Notes under the pieces: generated by a model
The model's input: the letters and a program-made list of their open reading frames with translations, nothing else
Databases searched by the model: none
What the model was told of the DNA's origin: nothing
Source of the DNA: an uncultured Christensenella sp.
GTDB lineage: Bacteria; Bacillota; Clostridia; Christensenellales; Borkfalkiaceae
Reading direction: 5' to 3'
DNA length: 64,000 nt
NCBI GenBank assembly: GCA_910585705.1
Contig: CAJUER010000001.1
Coordinates: 55,342 to 119,341 of the forward strand
Made by a program: the position numbers and the translations under genes
Shown: piece by piece, positions 28,533 through 36,764 of the stretch
Layout: the number at the start of each line of letters is the position of its first letter
Position numbering within the stretch: the first letter of the stretch is position 1

Positions 28533-30347
28533 ATGGAGAAAAATTTGTTTATGGCTTCGTCTTTGATGGCTTTAAGCTCCTCAAACGTTTTAACCGTAAT
28601 AAACAATCTGCTGCTTTTGTTCGGCGGCGTCGCCGCGTTCATCGTCGGTATGAACATAATGGGCAGCAACCTTGAAAAAGCGGCGGGCAAGCCCATGCGC
28701 AGACTTATGGCGAAAGCTACGAAAAACCGTTTTCGCGGAGTCGCAACGGGCGCGGCGGTTACGGCAATCGTAACAAGCTCTTCTGCGACGACGGTAATGC
28801 TAATCGGCTTCGTCAACGTCGGACTTATGACGCTCGTTCAGGCGGTGCCCGTGATTATGGGCGCAAACATCGGCACGACGATTACGGCTTTTATTTCCGC
28901 CGTTTCCACTGCGGGAGCGGAGCTTTCCATAACCTCGCTTTTCGCCTTTCTCGCGTTCGTCGGCGTGCTTATGTCGATGATAAGCAAAAAGGACAGAATA
29001 AAGAGAATAGGCTCTATATTTCAGGGCGTTGGACTTATATTCATAGGCATGAACGTTATGTCTTCCTCTGTGGGCGGACTTATGACGGAAAAGATAATAG
29101 AAAACGGCGTGGCTGTGCCTAACCCCATTGCGGAGGCGGTTAAAAAACTGTTCATAGCGATAGGTCTCGGCAAAGACGTGTTAAGCTGGGAAATAATAGT
29201 TTTGTTCCTGCTCGGCGCGGTGCTTACGGGGCTTATGCAGTCTTCTGCGGCAATCACCGCAATAGTAATTTCGCTTTCCACGTCGGGGCTTATTTCTCTG
29301 CCTATGGCAATGTTCATAATTCTCGGAACCAACGTGGGAACGTGCGTAACCGCGCTTCTATCATCTATGGGAACAAGCGTAAACGCAAGAAGAACGGCGG
29401 TGGTGCACCTGCTTTTCAATATCATAGGCGGCGTAATATTTATGATTCCGTTGTCCGTTCCTGCGGTATCGAACGGCATCGCTAAATTTTTGCAATCGTT
29501 CATAAAAGATATAAGCTGGCAGATAGCGATTTTCCATATGGTGTTCAACGTGCTTACAACGGTTATTCTCGTTGGGTTCGTCAAATACCTCGTAAAGCTC
29601 GCCTGCGTACTCGTACCCGAGAAGAAGGGCGCGGAAGCCGACGGGGAAGTGGAAACTTTGGATAAACGTTTTCTCAAAACTCCTGCAATAGCGGTAGGAC
29701 AGGTAAGAAAACAGCTTTTACTTCTGGGCGGCGAAGCGTTCGCAAACTATAAACGCTCGCTCGATATGCTTCTTACCGGCGATATGTCCGACAGGAAGCA
29801 GTTTGCCGAAACCGAGCAGAACATAAACGCAATGCATAAATATATTGTTTCGTATCTCGTACAGCTTTCGTTGCAGGAAATTTCCGAAATAGACGAAAGG
29901 AAGCTCAGCTCGTTCTACCACGTTTCTTCCGATCTCGAAAGAATAGGCGACTATGCGGAAAACATAGTGGAGTTCGCGGAAAAAGCGGTGGAGGATAAGG
30001 TTACCTTTTCCGAAAAGGCGCGCGAGGAAATCCGCGAAATGGATTTGCATATAACGGAGCTTTACAAATACACCTGCGAAGTGTTCTCCAACAGCGATTT
30101 GAGGTGTATCCCCGACGTAGAGCGCGAAGAAGCCGAAACGGACAGAATGAATAATGTAATGCAGCAGATGCATTTGCAGAGAATGAACGAAGGCAAATGC
30201 ACTGCGGAAGCGGGTGCGCTGTTCTTACAGCTCGCCGTAAGTATGGAGCGTATAGGCGACCATATGCACAATATCGCCGAATCCGTAAGAGCATACGGAC
30301 ACGGCGCACAGCAGACCGAAAACAGGCAGGACGCCGCTCAGCAATAA
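28533..30347 (+). CDS. Na+/phosphate symporter-family protein (NptA core + PhoU-like C-terminal domain)
   Basis: 604 aa. Two Na_Pi_cotrans-type repeats (GANIGTT / GTNVGTC) and duplicated PhoU-like helices with ERIGDY / ERIGDH. Confidence 0.85.
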   Translation: MEKNLFMASSLMALSSSNVLTVINNLLLLFGGVAAFIVGMNIMGSNLEKAAGKPMRRLMAKATKNRFRGVATGAAVTAIVTSSSATTVMLIGFVNVGLMTLVQAVPVIMGANIGTTITAFISAVSTAGAELSITSLFAFLAFVGVLMSMISKKDRIKRIGSIFQGVGLIFIGMNVMSSSVGGLMTEKIIENGVAVPNPIAEAVKKLFIAIGLGKDVLSWEIIVLFLLGAVLTGLMQSSAAITAIVISLSTSGLISLPMAMFIILGTNVGTCVTALLSSMGTSVNARRTAVVHLLFNIIGGVIFMIPLSVPAVSNGIAKFLQSFIKDISWQIAIFHMVFNVLTTVILVGFVKYLVKLACVLVPEKKGAEADGEVETLDKRFLKTPAIAVGQVRKQLLLLGGEAFANYKRSLDMLLTGDMSDRKQFAETEQNINAMHKYIVSYLVQLSLQEISEIDERKLSSFYHVSSDLERIGDYAENIVEFAEKAVEDKVTFSEKAREEIREMDLHITELYKYTCEVFSNSDLRCIPDVEREEAETDRMNNVMQQMHLQRMNEGKCTAEAGALFLQLAVSMERIGDHMHNIAESVRAYGHGAQQTENRQDAAQQ

Positions 30348-30503
30348 AAGAAAATAACGGAGGTAAACCGACTTGCGCATATAATTCCTTTGAACGTTGA
30401 ATCTGCACGGCAAAGGGCAGACCGCCCTTATATTTTCCGTGCGCTTCGAAAGGGAATTTTTGTGCACAAACCAGCCTCAGCCGCATTTTTTCGCGGCGCA
30501 TTT

Positions 30504-30534
30504 TTCCGCAGAAATTTCCTTGCGGAATTTTTTT
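30504..30534 (+). terminator. leader terminator (candidate attenuator) immediately upstream of the ABC-F gene
   Basis: TTCCGCA-10-nt loop-TGCGGAA followed by T7. It ends 4 nt before the AAAGGAGG RBS (30539-30546) of the TTG start at 30553. Confidence 0.7.
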
Positions 30535-30552
30535 ATTTAAAGGAGGTTTACT

Positions 30553-32022
30553 TTGGTTATAAGTTTAAAAAATATTACTTTTTCATATGCGGATTCTCTT
30601 GAACCCGTATTCAAAAATATCAATCTTAATCTCGACTCCGAGCGCAGGTTCGCACTGGTCGGCGACAACGGTGCGGGTAAAACTACGCTTTTGAAAATCC
30701 TTTGCGGCGAGATAAAAACTGATTTTCGCTCCGTTCTGCCTTTCAACCGTTTTCCGTTCGATTTCCCCGACGGCGGTAAATCCGCTTACGAGGCGGCGCA
30801 CGTCATTGCGCCGCAGACGGAGTTTTGGGAAATAATGCGAGAGGCGGATCTTCTGGGCTTGCCCGACGAAACGCTTTACCGCCCGTTCGACACGCTTTCG
30901 GGCGGCGAACAGACCAAGTTCAAGCTCGCCGTAATTTTTGCGCGCGGCGGCTTCGCGCTTCTTGACGAACCTACCGACCATCTGGATATTTACGGCAGAA
31001 AAAGGCTTGCAAAATATTTGTCGGCTAAAAAAGGATTTATTGCCGTTTCGCACGATAAAGCCTTTTTGAACGAATGTTGCAACGCAGTGATTGCGTTGGA
31101 AGGCGGCGAGGCAAGCGTTACGCACGGCGGATTTGCCGTTTACGAAGAAGAGCGCGGAAAGAAAGCTCGCGCCGACGCCGTAAAAAAGAGCTCGCTTGAA
31201 GCGGAAAGAAAACGTCTTAAAAAATCGGCTTTACAATCTTGCAGCTGGGCGGACGCGGCGGAACGCGAAAAATTCGGCGGAAACGTAAAAGCAAAGCATG
31301 CTGCGGTCGATCGCGGCTTTCTCGGCGCGAAGGCGGCGAAAATGCAAAGGCGTGCGGCTGTGGCGGAAGCTCGGCGCGACAAAGCCGAAACCGAAATACA
31401 GCTTTTATTAAAGGGCTTCAAGGAAGATGATGAGCTGAAAATTCACTGCGAAAAATTTTTCCGCGCACGGCTTGTTTATCTTTCGGATATAACTGTACAG
31501 GTTGACGGAAAACCTCTGTTTCGCAATCTGAATTTAACTGTGGACGAGGGCGAGCGCGTTGCCGTGACCGGCGCGAACGGAGCGGGCAAGACTACGCTTT
31601 TAAAACTTGTTACGGGCGGCTTTCAAAATTTTTGCGGTGTGCGTGACGTTTCGCCTAAACTTAAAATTTCCTATGTGCCCCAAAGCTTTTCGTTTGACGG
31701 AACGCTTTCCGATTATGCGCAGATGTATTCGCTCGACGAGGGGAAGTACAAAGCCGTTCTTAAAAAATTCGGGTTCGATTCTAAGGACTTCGATCGCCCC
31801 GTCAATTTGTTTTCCAAAGGACAAAAGAAAAAGGCGGCGCTTGCGCGTAGCCTTTCGGAAAAAGCAAATTTATATGTTTGGGACGAGCCGTTAAACTATC
31901 TCGATATGTCCGCGCGTGAGCGGCTTGAAAAAGCCGTGCTGTCATCGGGCGCAACGCTTTTATTCGTCGAGCACGACGCGGCGTTTGCGGATACGGTTGC
32001 AACGCGTAAAATACTGCTTTAA
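30553..32022 (+). CDS. ABC-F ATPase, ARE/Lsa-like ribosomal-protection type
   Basis: 489 aa. Two NBDs (GDNGAGKTT / GANGAGKTT; LSGGEQTK / FSKGQKKK), no TM domain, basic helical inter-domain linker. Size typical of Lsa/Vga-type ARE proteins. Confidence 0.75.
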   Translation: MVISLKNITFSYADSLEPVFKNINLNLDSERRFALVGDNGAGKTTLLKILCGEIKTDFRSVLPFNRFPFDFPDGGKSAYEAAHVIAPQTEFWEIMREADLLGLPDETLYRPFDTLSGGEQTKFKLAVIFARGGFALLDEPTDHLDIYGRKRLAKYLSAKKGFIAVSHDKAFLNECCNAVIALEGGEASVTHGGFAVYEEERGKKARADAVKKSSLEAERKRLKKSALQSCSWADAAEREKFGGNVKAKHAAVDRGFLGAKAAKMQRRAAVAEARRDKAETEIQLLLKGFKEDDELKIHCEKFFRARLVYLSDITVQVDGKPLFRNLNLTVDEGERVAVTGANGAGKTTLLKLVTGGFQNFCGVRDVSPKLKISYVPQSFSFDGTLSDYAQMYSLDEGKYKAVLKKFGFDSKDFDRPVNLFSKGQKKKAALARSLSEKANLYVWDEPLNYLDMSARERLEKAVLSSGATLLFVEHDAAFADTVATRKILL

Positions 32023-33467
32023 ACCGTTTCTTCCTGTTTTTGCGTATCTTCGTCCGTTTCGGCGTCTGTTGCGGCGGCTTCGCTTTCGGCAAGCTTCAAT
32101 GGTACGACGGGTATTGCGGGGCTTCGCGAAAGCGCTTTTTTGCGAATTGCAAGGAAGGCGTAATAACCGCCGTTCATTGCGTAGAAAATTGCTACATAAG
32201 CCGCGTACAGTCCGAGAATGTACAGCATATTCAGTTCGCACTTCCATATGGTTAAGCCCCACACGGGCACGCTGAAAGGCAGCGGGTTAATCTGTGTGAA
32301 CGCATAGTTCGGCATAAGCCATTCGCCGTCCTGCAACGTGTAGCCGTTATATGTAAAGCCCATAGAGGCGGAGGTAACGAGCGCACTCGCAACGGACGCG
32401 ATTATAATCACCGCAAAATAATATATCAGCGGAATTATAACGTCTTTGGGCTTGAATTTATAATGCCCGAGCGCTGTCGGAAGAACGGACAGCGCAAACA
32501 GAAGACAGTGCGTAAGGGTGAAGTACAGAATGGAGTAACTGCAAAAAATGCCGTAGTTCGACATTTCGTTTTTGCCGAAGTAGAAGAACACCGTCAAGGC
32601 GCCCGCCGCATGCACGAAAAATGAAATAGCGTAAAGAACTTTCTTTTTCAGTATTACGGAAATGCTTGCAACGTATACCCCGATGTTGCATATAAACAGC
32701 GGTATACACGCAAAAACAGTGTGATAAACGTTGTATCCGTCGCCCATTACGACGGAGTCTTTACTGTGGTACTGTATCAACAGCACAATCGCCGCCGCCG
32801 CAAGATATTCGTCCTGCGAGCGGCGCGTTTTGTTTTTAAGGAAGTAGTATGCGCCCACCGTAAAGCAGACGAGTATAATTACCGCGAGAAGGTGCCACAC
32901 CGTAAAGTTTTTGAACCGAAGAAAATGCCCGCTCGAAAAGTTTTCGATGTCGAAAAAGTTTTCGAATATATTCAAAGGTATGCACGCAAGCATAGCGAAC
33001 GGAAGACGGATAAAACCGCTTAAATTCGTCCTCCAACCGTCGCGCACGAATAAAAGCGCGCAAATGAGGAGGTACAGAAAGTTCGATATGTAAAACAGCG
33101 CAACGTTTGCCCGTTTGGGTATGAATTCGTTTATGTGCGCGTAAACAAGCTCTGCGGGAGTACTGTCGGGAGTAACGGCGGTAGCGTCGAAAAAGCTTCC
33201 GAATGTAAAGCACGAAATTATTATAAAGACGGGCAGAACGTACCTTGCAATCGCCGAGCAGCTTTTCTTATCGAAGAACGCCGCCATCGGAATAACGAGA
33301 AGCCCTGCCTTTTTTATCCACTGAGAAAGCACGAAAAAAAAGCCGAACTCGTCCGCGCGGTTGAATATGTAATAATCCGATACCGTGAACGTAAGCAGCA
33401 ATGCAACGGCGAGTAATGCCGCCGTCGCAGCTTTCAAGCCTGCGTCCGTAAATTTTTTCAGTTTCAT
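32019..33467 (-). CDS. large polytopic membrane protein, unknown function, acidic C-terminal tail
   Basis: More than 10 hydrophobic segments. I prefer the ATG at 33467 (MKLKKF...) over the TTG at 33527 in the ORF track. Its 3-prime end overlaps the ABC-F stop by 4 nt (convergent). Confidence 0.5.
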   Translation of the reverse strand: MKLKKFTDAGLKAATAALLAVALLLTFTVSDYYIFNRADEFGFFFVLSQWIKKAGLLVIPMAAFFDKKSCSAIARYVLPVFIIISCFTFGSFFDATAVTPDSTPAELVYAHINEFIPKRANVALFYISNFLYLLICALLFVRDGWRTNLSGFIRLPFAMLACIPLNIFENFFDIENFSSGHFLRFKNFTVWHLLAVIILVCFTVGAYYFLKNKTRRSQDEYLAAAAIVLLIQYHSKDSVVMGDGYNVYHTVFACIPLFICNIGVYVASISVILKKKVLYAISFFVHAAGALTVFFYFGKNEMSNYGIFCSYSILYFTLTHCLLFALSVLPTALGHYKFKPKDVIIPLIYYFAVIIIASVASALVTSASMGFTYNGYTLQDGEWLMPNYAFTQINPLPFSVPVWGLTIWKCELNMLYILGLYAAYVAIFYAMNGGYYAFLAIRKKALSRSPAIPVVPLKLAESEAAATDAETDEDTQKQEETV

Positions 33468-33748
33468 CGCGCCTTTATTATAGTATAAAACACGGCGCTT
33501 TGTCAACGGCTTGAATTTTCTATTCAAAGGAATTAAAGTAAAGCCTTTCCAAAATCGGTTAATTATCGCGGGTAAACGTTCACTGCTCGGAAAAAAATTG
33601 TTATGCTCAAATTAACGTTTTAATGTATTACTTTGTCAGAAGAATAAGCGGGCGCGTAAAATAATATAGGCGCAAAATTCGGTTAAGTTTATAATCAGTT
33701 TATTTTCTTGCGTTATAATAATTAAAAATACGTCAGGAGGAAACAATT

Positions 33749-34405
33749 ATGCAGGCTTCGGCTCAGGTTATAAACGATACCCGAACTACGGAACGCGAAA
33801 AGAGCTTTTACGTTAAAGCGTCATGCATTTTTCTGGTGATGATTATAATGTCGGCGATAGGTTGGATAGCGGAAAATACCGTCAAGCTTATATCGTCGGG
33901 CAAAATGGATAACAGATTCCACGTTCTGCCTTTCATATTTCCTTACGGTCTTGCATTCCTTGCAATGTATGCGGTGCTCGGCAATACTAACGATATAGGC
34001 TTTTTCGGCAAAAAGCTGTTTTCAAAGAGAAGCGTGAAATCCGTAATTCTTTCGAATATAATGTATGTTTCGATAGTGAGCTTCTTCGTTTTTATCGGCG
34101 AGCTGTCCGTCGGCAACCTTTACGAATTTGCGACGGGCGCAAAGCTTTGGGACTATTCAAGTCAGCCTCTGCATCTTACGCAATATGTAAGTTTATCATC
34201 CGCGCTCGGCTACGGAGTAGGGGCGTATATCGTTATGAAAGCGCTTTCTCCTCTGTGCAACGCACTTATAGAAAAGGGCAATATCAGGGCGGTGATTATC
34301 GCCGACTGTACATTGGGCGCCGCCATATTGACGGACAGCGTTTGTATGATTTTAATAACGCTTATAACAAAAACTCCGCCTGTTTACTGGGCTATTCAAT
34401 TTTAA
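33749..34405 (+). CDS. membrane protein (PF06541 putative ABC-transporter type IV-like)
   Basis: 218 aa. CAGGAGG RBS. GWIAEN...NRFHVLPFIFPYG pattern resembles that family. Weak recognition. Confidence 0.45.
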   Translation: MQASAQVINDTRTTEREKSFYVKASCIFLVMIIMSAIGWIAENTVKLISSGKMDNRFHVLPFIFPYGLAFLAMYAVLGNTNDIGFFGKKLFSKRSVKSVILSNIMYVSIVSFFVFIGELSVGNLYEFATGAKLWDYSSQPLHLTQYVSLSSALGYGVGAYIVMKALSPLCNALIEKGNIRAVIIADCTLGAAILTDSVCMILITLITKTPPVYWAIQF

Positions 34406-34458
34406 TTTCTCCTAATAAAAAATATGTAATAAACGGTAATGCAGGGTTAAAGAGTTCG

Positions 34459-34486
34459 GGCGTGGCGCAAAGCCGCGCCTTTTTTA
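34459..34486 (+). terminator. intrinsic terminator
   Basis: GGCGTGGC-gcaaa-GCCGCGCC followed by T6. Confidence 0.7.
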
Positions 34487-34620
34487 TTTATCGGATTTTA
34501 TTTACAATATTTTCCATTGTCTTACTTTCGCATATTTGCATATATAGTGTATACCGAAAAAAGGATAAATGTTTGACAATGCCTAATTAAGGATGAGATT
34601 TGCCCATACAAGATTTAAGA

Positions 34621-34666
34621 GCGAAAGTAAAACCACTCGGAAAAATCCGGGTGGTTTTACTTTCGC
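34621..34666. terminator. 16-bp perfect hairpin downstream of the NYN gene
   Basis: GCGAAAGTAAAACCAC-14-nt loop-GTGGTTTTACTTTCGC, with T-rich sequence on both sides. Confidence 0.6.
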
Positions 34667-34702
34667 ATTTATTTATTGAAATTTTTTTTTCGCGCTGATT
34701 TT

Positions 34703-35467
34703 TTAATCTATTATTTTTATCTTGTCCGAGCGGTCGTTTTTCTCTACCTGAAAAACATACTTCCCGTTTTGTTTGATGCTCTTGAAAAACTGAATGGGGC
34801 GGCTGTTTTGAAATCCGTACAGCTTGGGGTTGAAGTCGTTTTCCTTGCGGCGTATTTCGTTCATAAACGCGGAGAAGTGCATCCATCCGTCGGAATCCGC
34901 TCCGTCGTCGATAATCTGCTTCGCGGCGGTTATAAGCGGTTCTATTTTCTTAATGGGGGCGGAGGCGGTTGTCTTTTTGTTTTCCGTCTGTTTTTTCTTT
35001 GCGTTCGATGCGGGTTGCTTTGCGTTTGCCTTTAAAAGTTCTTCGATGGGAATAAAAATGTCGCACGCTCGCCTGAACGAGAGCGGGGTTTTCTGTTCTC
35101 CCGCGCCTATAACTACGAGGTTGTCGTTGCGGAACCGCATTGCAAGGTTAGTAAAGTCGCTGTCGCTGGTCGCAAGGCAGAAGCAGTCAACTTTGTCCTT
35201 GTAGAGTATGTCCATTGCGTCGATTATCATTTTCGAATCGGTCGCGTTCTTTCCGGAAGTAAATGCAATCTGCTGAATCTGCTCTATCGAGTGTTCTAAC
35301 AGCGCAGGCTTCCAGCCGTTTGCTTTGTGGTTTGTAAAGTCTCCGTAAAGCCTTCTGTAAGTGACTTTGCCGTATTGGCTCAGTTCGTCGAGAATAATAG
35401 AAAAGTAGTCGCTTGAAACGTTGTCGGAATCTATTAAAAGCGCGATTGTTCTGTCCTTGATTTCCAT
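34703..35467 (-). CDS. NYN-domain (LabA-like) protein with C-terminal OST-HTH/LOTUS domain
   Basis: 254 aa. IALLIDSDNV...YGDF...CLATSDSDFTNLAMRF NYN/PIN-like acidic motifs. C-terminal GWMHFSAFMNEIRR...YGF OST-HTH pattern. Confidence 0.75.
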   Translation of the reverse strand: MEIKDRTIALLIDSDNVSSDYFSIILDELSQYGKVTYRRLYGDFTNHKANGWKPALLEHSIEQIQQIAFTSGKNATDSKMIIDAMDILYKDKVDCFCLATSDSDFTNLAMRFRNDNLVVIGAGEQKTPLSFRRACDIFIPIEELLKANAKQPASNAKKKQTENKKTTASAPIKKIEPLITAAKQIIDDGADSDGWMHFSAFMNEIRRKENDFNPKLYGFQNSRPIQFFKSIKQNGKYVFQVEKNDRSDKIKIID

Positions 35468-35547
35468 TTATAGTTCCTTAAATTTTCGTTATACTTCTAT
35501 ATTATCAAAAAACGGCGAATTTATCAAGCGATATGCCTTCGAACTTT

Positions 35548-36582
35548 TCAGTTAATGCGGTTTGTCGAGTCCCTTGCAATAAGCGTAACGGAAACGGTGA
35601 TAACTCTCGAAGGACTGTTCGGGTTTTCTATCCTGTTTATAAGCGTCCTTAAAGTTTCCGTGCCGAGAAATTCTCTGTCTACCGAAAAGGAGGTTATATA
35701 GGGAATATTCGATACCGCTTCCGAAACGTTGTCGAAGCCGACTATTAAAGCCGACTGCGGAACTGCAACGTTCAGCGCTTTAAGCGCGTTGCATACGCCG
35801 CGCGCAACAAAATCGTTACAGCAAATAAAAACGTCGGGTCTGTATTTGAGTTTAAGTATTTCCGTCTTTAAAGCGTCAAGGCTTCCGTAATTGAAAACCT
35901 CGTCGCTACAAAAAATATCTTCGCTGCGGGAATGTGTTCCGCCTGATGATAAAATTCCCGCAATCATTCCGTTGTACCTTTTCTGGAAGCTTCTGCAATG
36001 CCGCCAGTCGCCGACAAAGGTGAACCGCTCGGTACGGTTTTTCGAATACAGCGCCCTGACTATTCCGCTTATCGACTGTTCGTCGTTCGTGGCTATTATG
36101 TCGTAATTTTTGTCGGTTCTTATTTCCGCCGTGCAAAAATCGTTAAAGCAGACCGGCTTGCCGAGATTGATAAGTTTATTTATGAAATCTTTGTCAAAGC
36201 ATTCTATCGCCACAATGCCGTCGGCTTTCAACTCGTTGATATAGTCGGAAACTTCTTTGAACGGGGTTTTACTTGCGTTGTAAGTATATTGAAAAAGTTC
36301 GTAATTCTTTTCGAAGCAGTTGTTTTCAATACTTTTAATAAGCGGCACAAAGTAATTTATATTGTTCAGCGGCTTGCCCGAAACAAGCAAAATGCGGTAT
36401 CTTTTGTTACCGGTTTCTATATGGTTTACGTTAAGCGACTTGTACTTCATTTCCTGCGCTTTCCGCAAAACCCTTTCGCGCGTCTTTTCGGGGACATACT
36501 GCCCGTTAAGCGCTTTTGCCACCGTATTTCTTGATAAATTAAGTTGTTCCGCAATGTCCTTTATGGTTACCGCTTTCTTCAT
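35548..36582 (-). CDS. LacI-family transcriptional regulator
   Basis: 344 aa. N-terminal HTH VTIKDIAEQLNLSRNTVAKALNG plus a periplasmic-binding-protein-like core. Divergent from the GH32 locus. Confidence 0.9.
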   Translation of the reverse strand: MKKAVTIKDIAEQLNLSRNTVAKALNGQYVPEKTRERVLRKAQEMKYKSLNVNHIETGNKRYRILLVSGKPLNNINYFVPLIKSIENNCFEKNYELFQYTYNASKTPFKEVSDYINELKADGIVAIECFDKDFINKLINLGKPVCFNDFCTAEIRTDKNYDIIATNDEQSISGIVRALYSKNRTERFTFVGDWRHCRSFQKRYNGMIAGILSSGGTHSRSEDIFCSDEVFNYGSLDALKTEILKLKYRPDVFICCNDFVARGVCNALKALNVAVPQSALIVGFDNVSEAVSNIPYITSFSVDREFLGTETLRTLINRIENPNSPSRVITVSVTLIARDSTNRIN

Positions 36583-36649
36583 ACATTAATTATAATGGTG
36601 CGCTTCAAAAAAATCAAGTATACAAATGCACAAATTTATTAACTAAAAC

Positions 36650-36667
36650 ATTGTGCATTTGCACAAT
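36650..36667. promoter_or_regulatory. candidate LacI operator ATTGTGCA-TT-TGCACAAT
   Basis: Perfect 8-bp arms. Further TGCACAA half-sites at 36627-36633 and GCACAA at 36720-36725 bracket the promoter. Confidence 0.5.
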
Positions 36668-36681
36668 AATCTTTAAACTTG

Positions 36682-36710
36682 TTGACAATGTATTTAACCA
36701 TAAGTATTAT
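36682..36710 (+). promoter_or_regulatory. sigma-A-type promoter of the fructan locus
   Basis: TTGACA, 17-nt spacer, TATTAT. 55 nt upstream of the ATG at 36765. Confidence 0.6.
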
Positions 36711-36764
36711 GTACTAAACGCACAAATATTGTTTCAATATTTCATTTCAGGGGGGAACTTAATT

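Noticed and set aside
32019-32022. 4-nt overlap of the convergent ABC-F and membrane-protein genes as a regulatory feature
   Set aside because: It is a trivial stop-codon overlap. There is no evidence for anything beyond tight packing, although convergent transcription could interfere.
34147-34886. Track ORFs 34147-34590 (+) and 34587-34886 (-)
   Set aside because: The first overlaps the real membrane-protein gene out of frame and runs through its terminator. The second overlaps the NYN gene's 3-prime end and the long hairpin. Neither has start signals.
36651-36764. Upstream extension of the Cys-rich lipoprotein ORF (track start 36651)
   Set aside because: The extension would begin inside the operator and promoter region with a non-ATG start. 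The ATG at 36765 yields a canonical signal peptide and lipobox.
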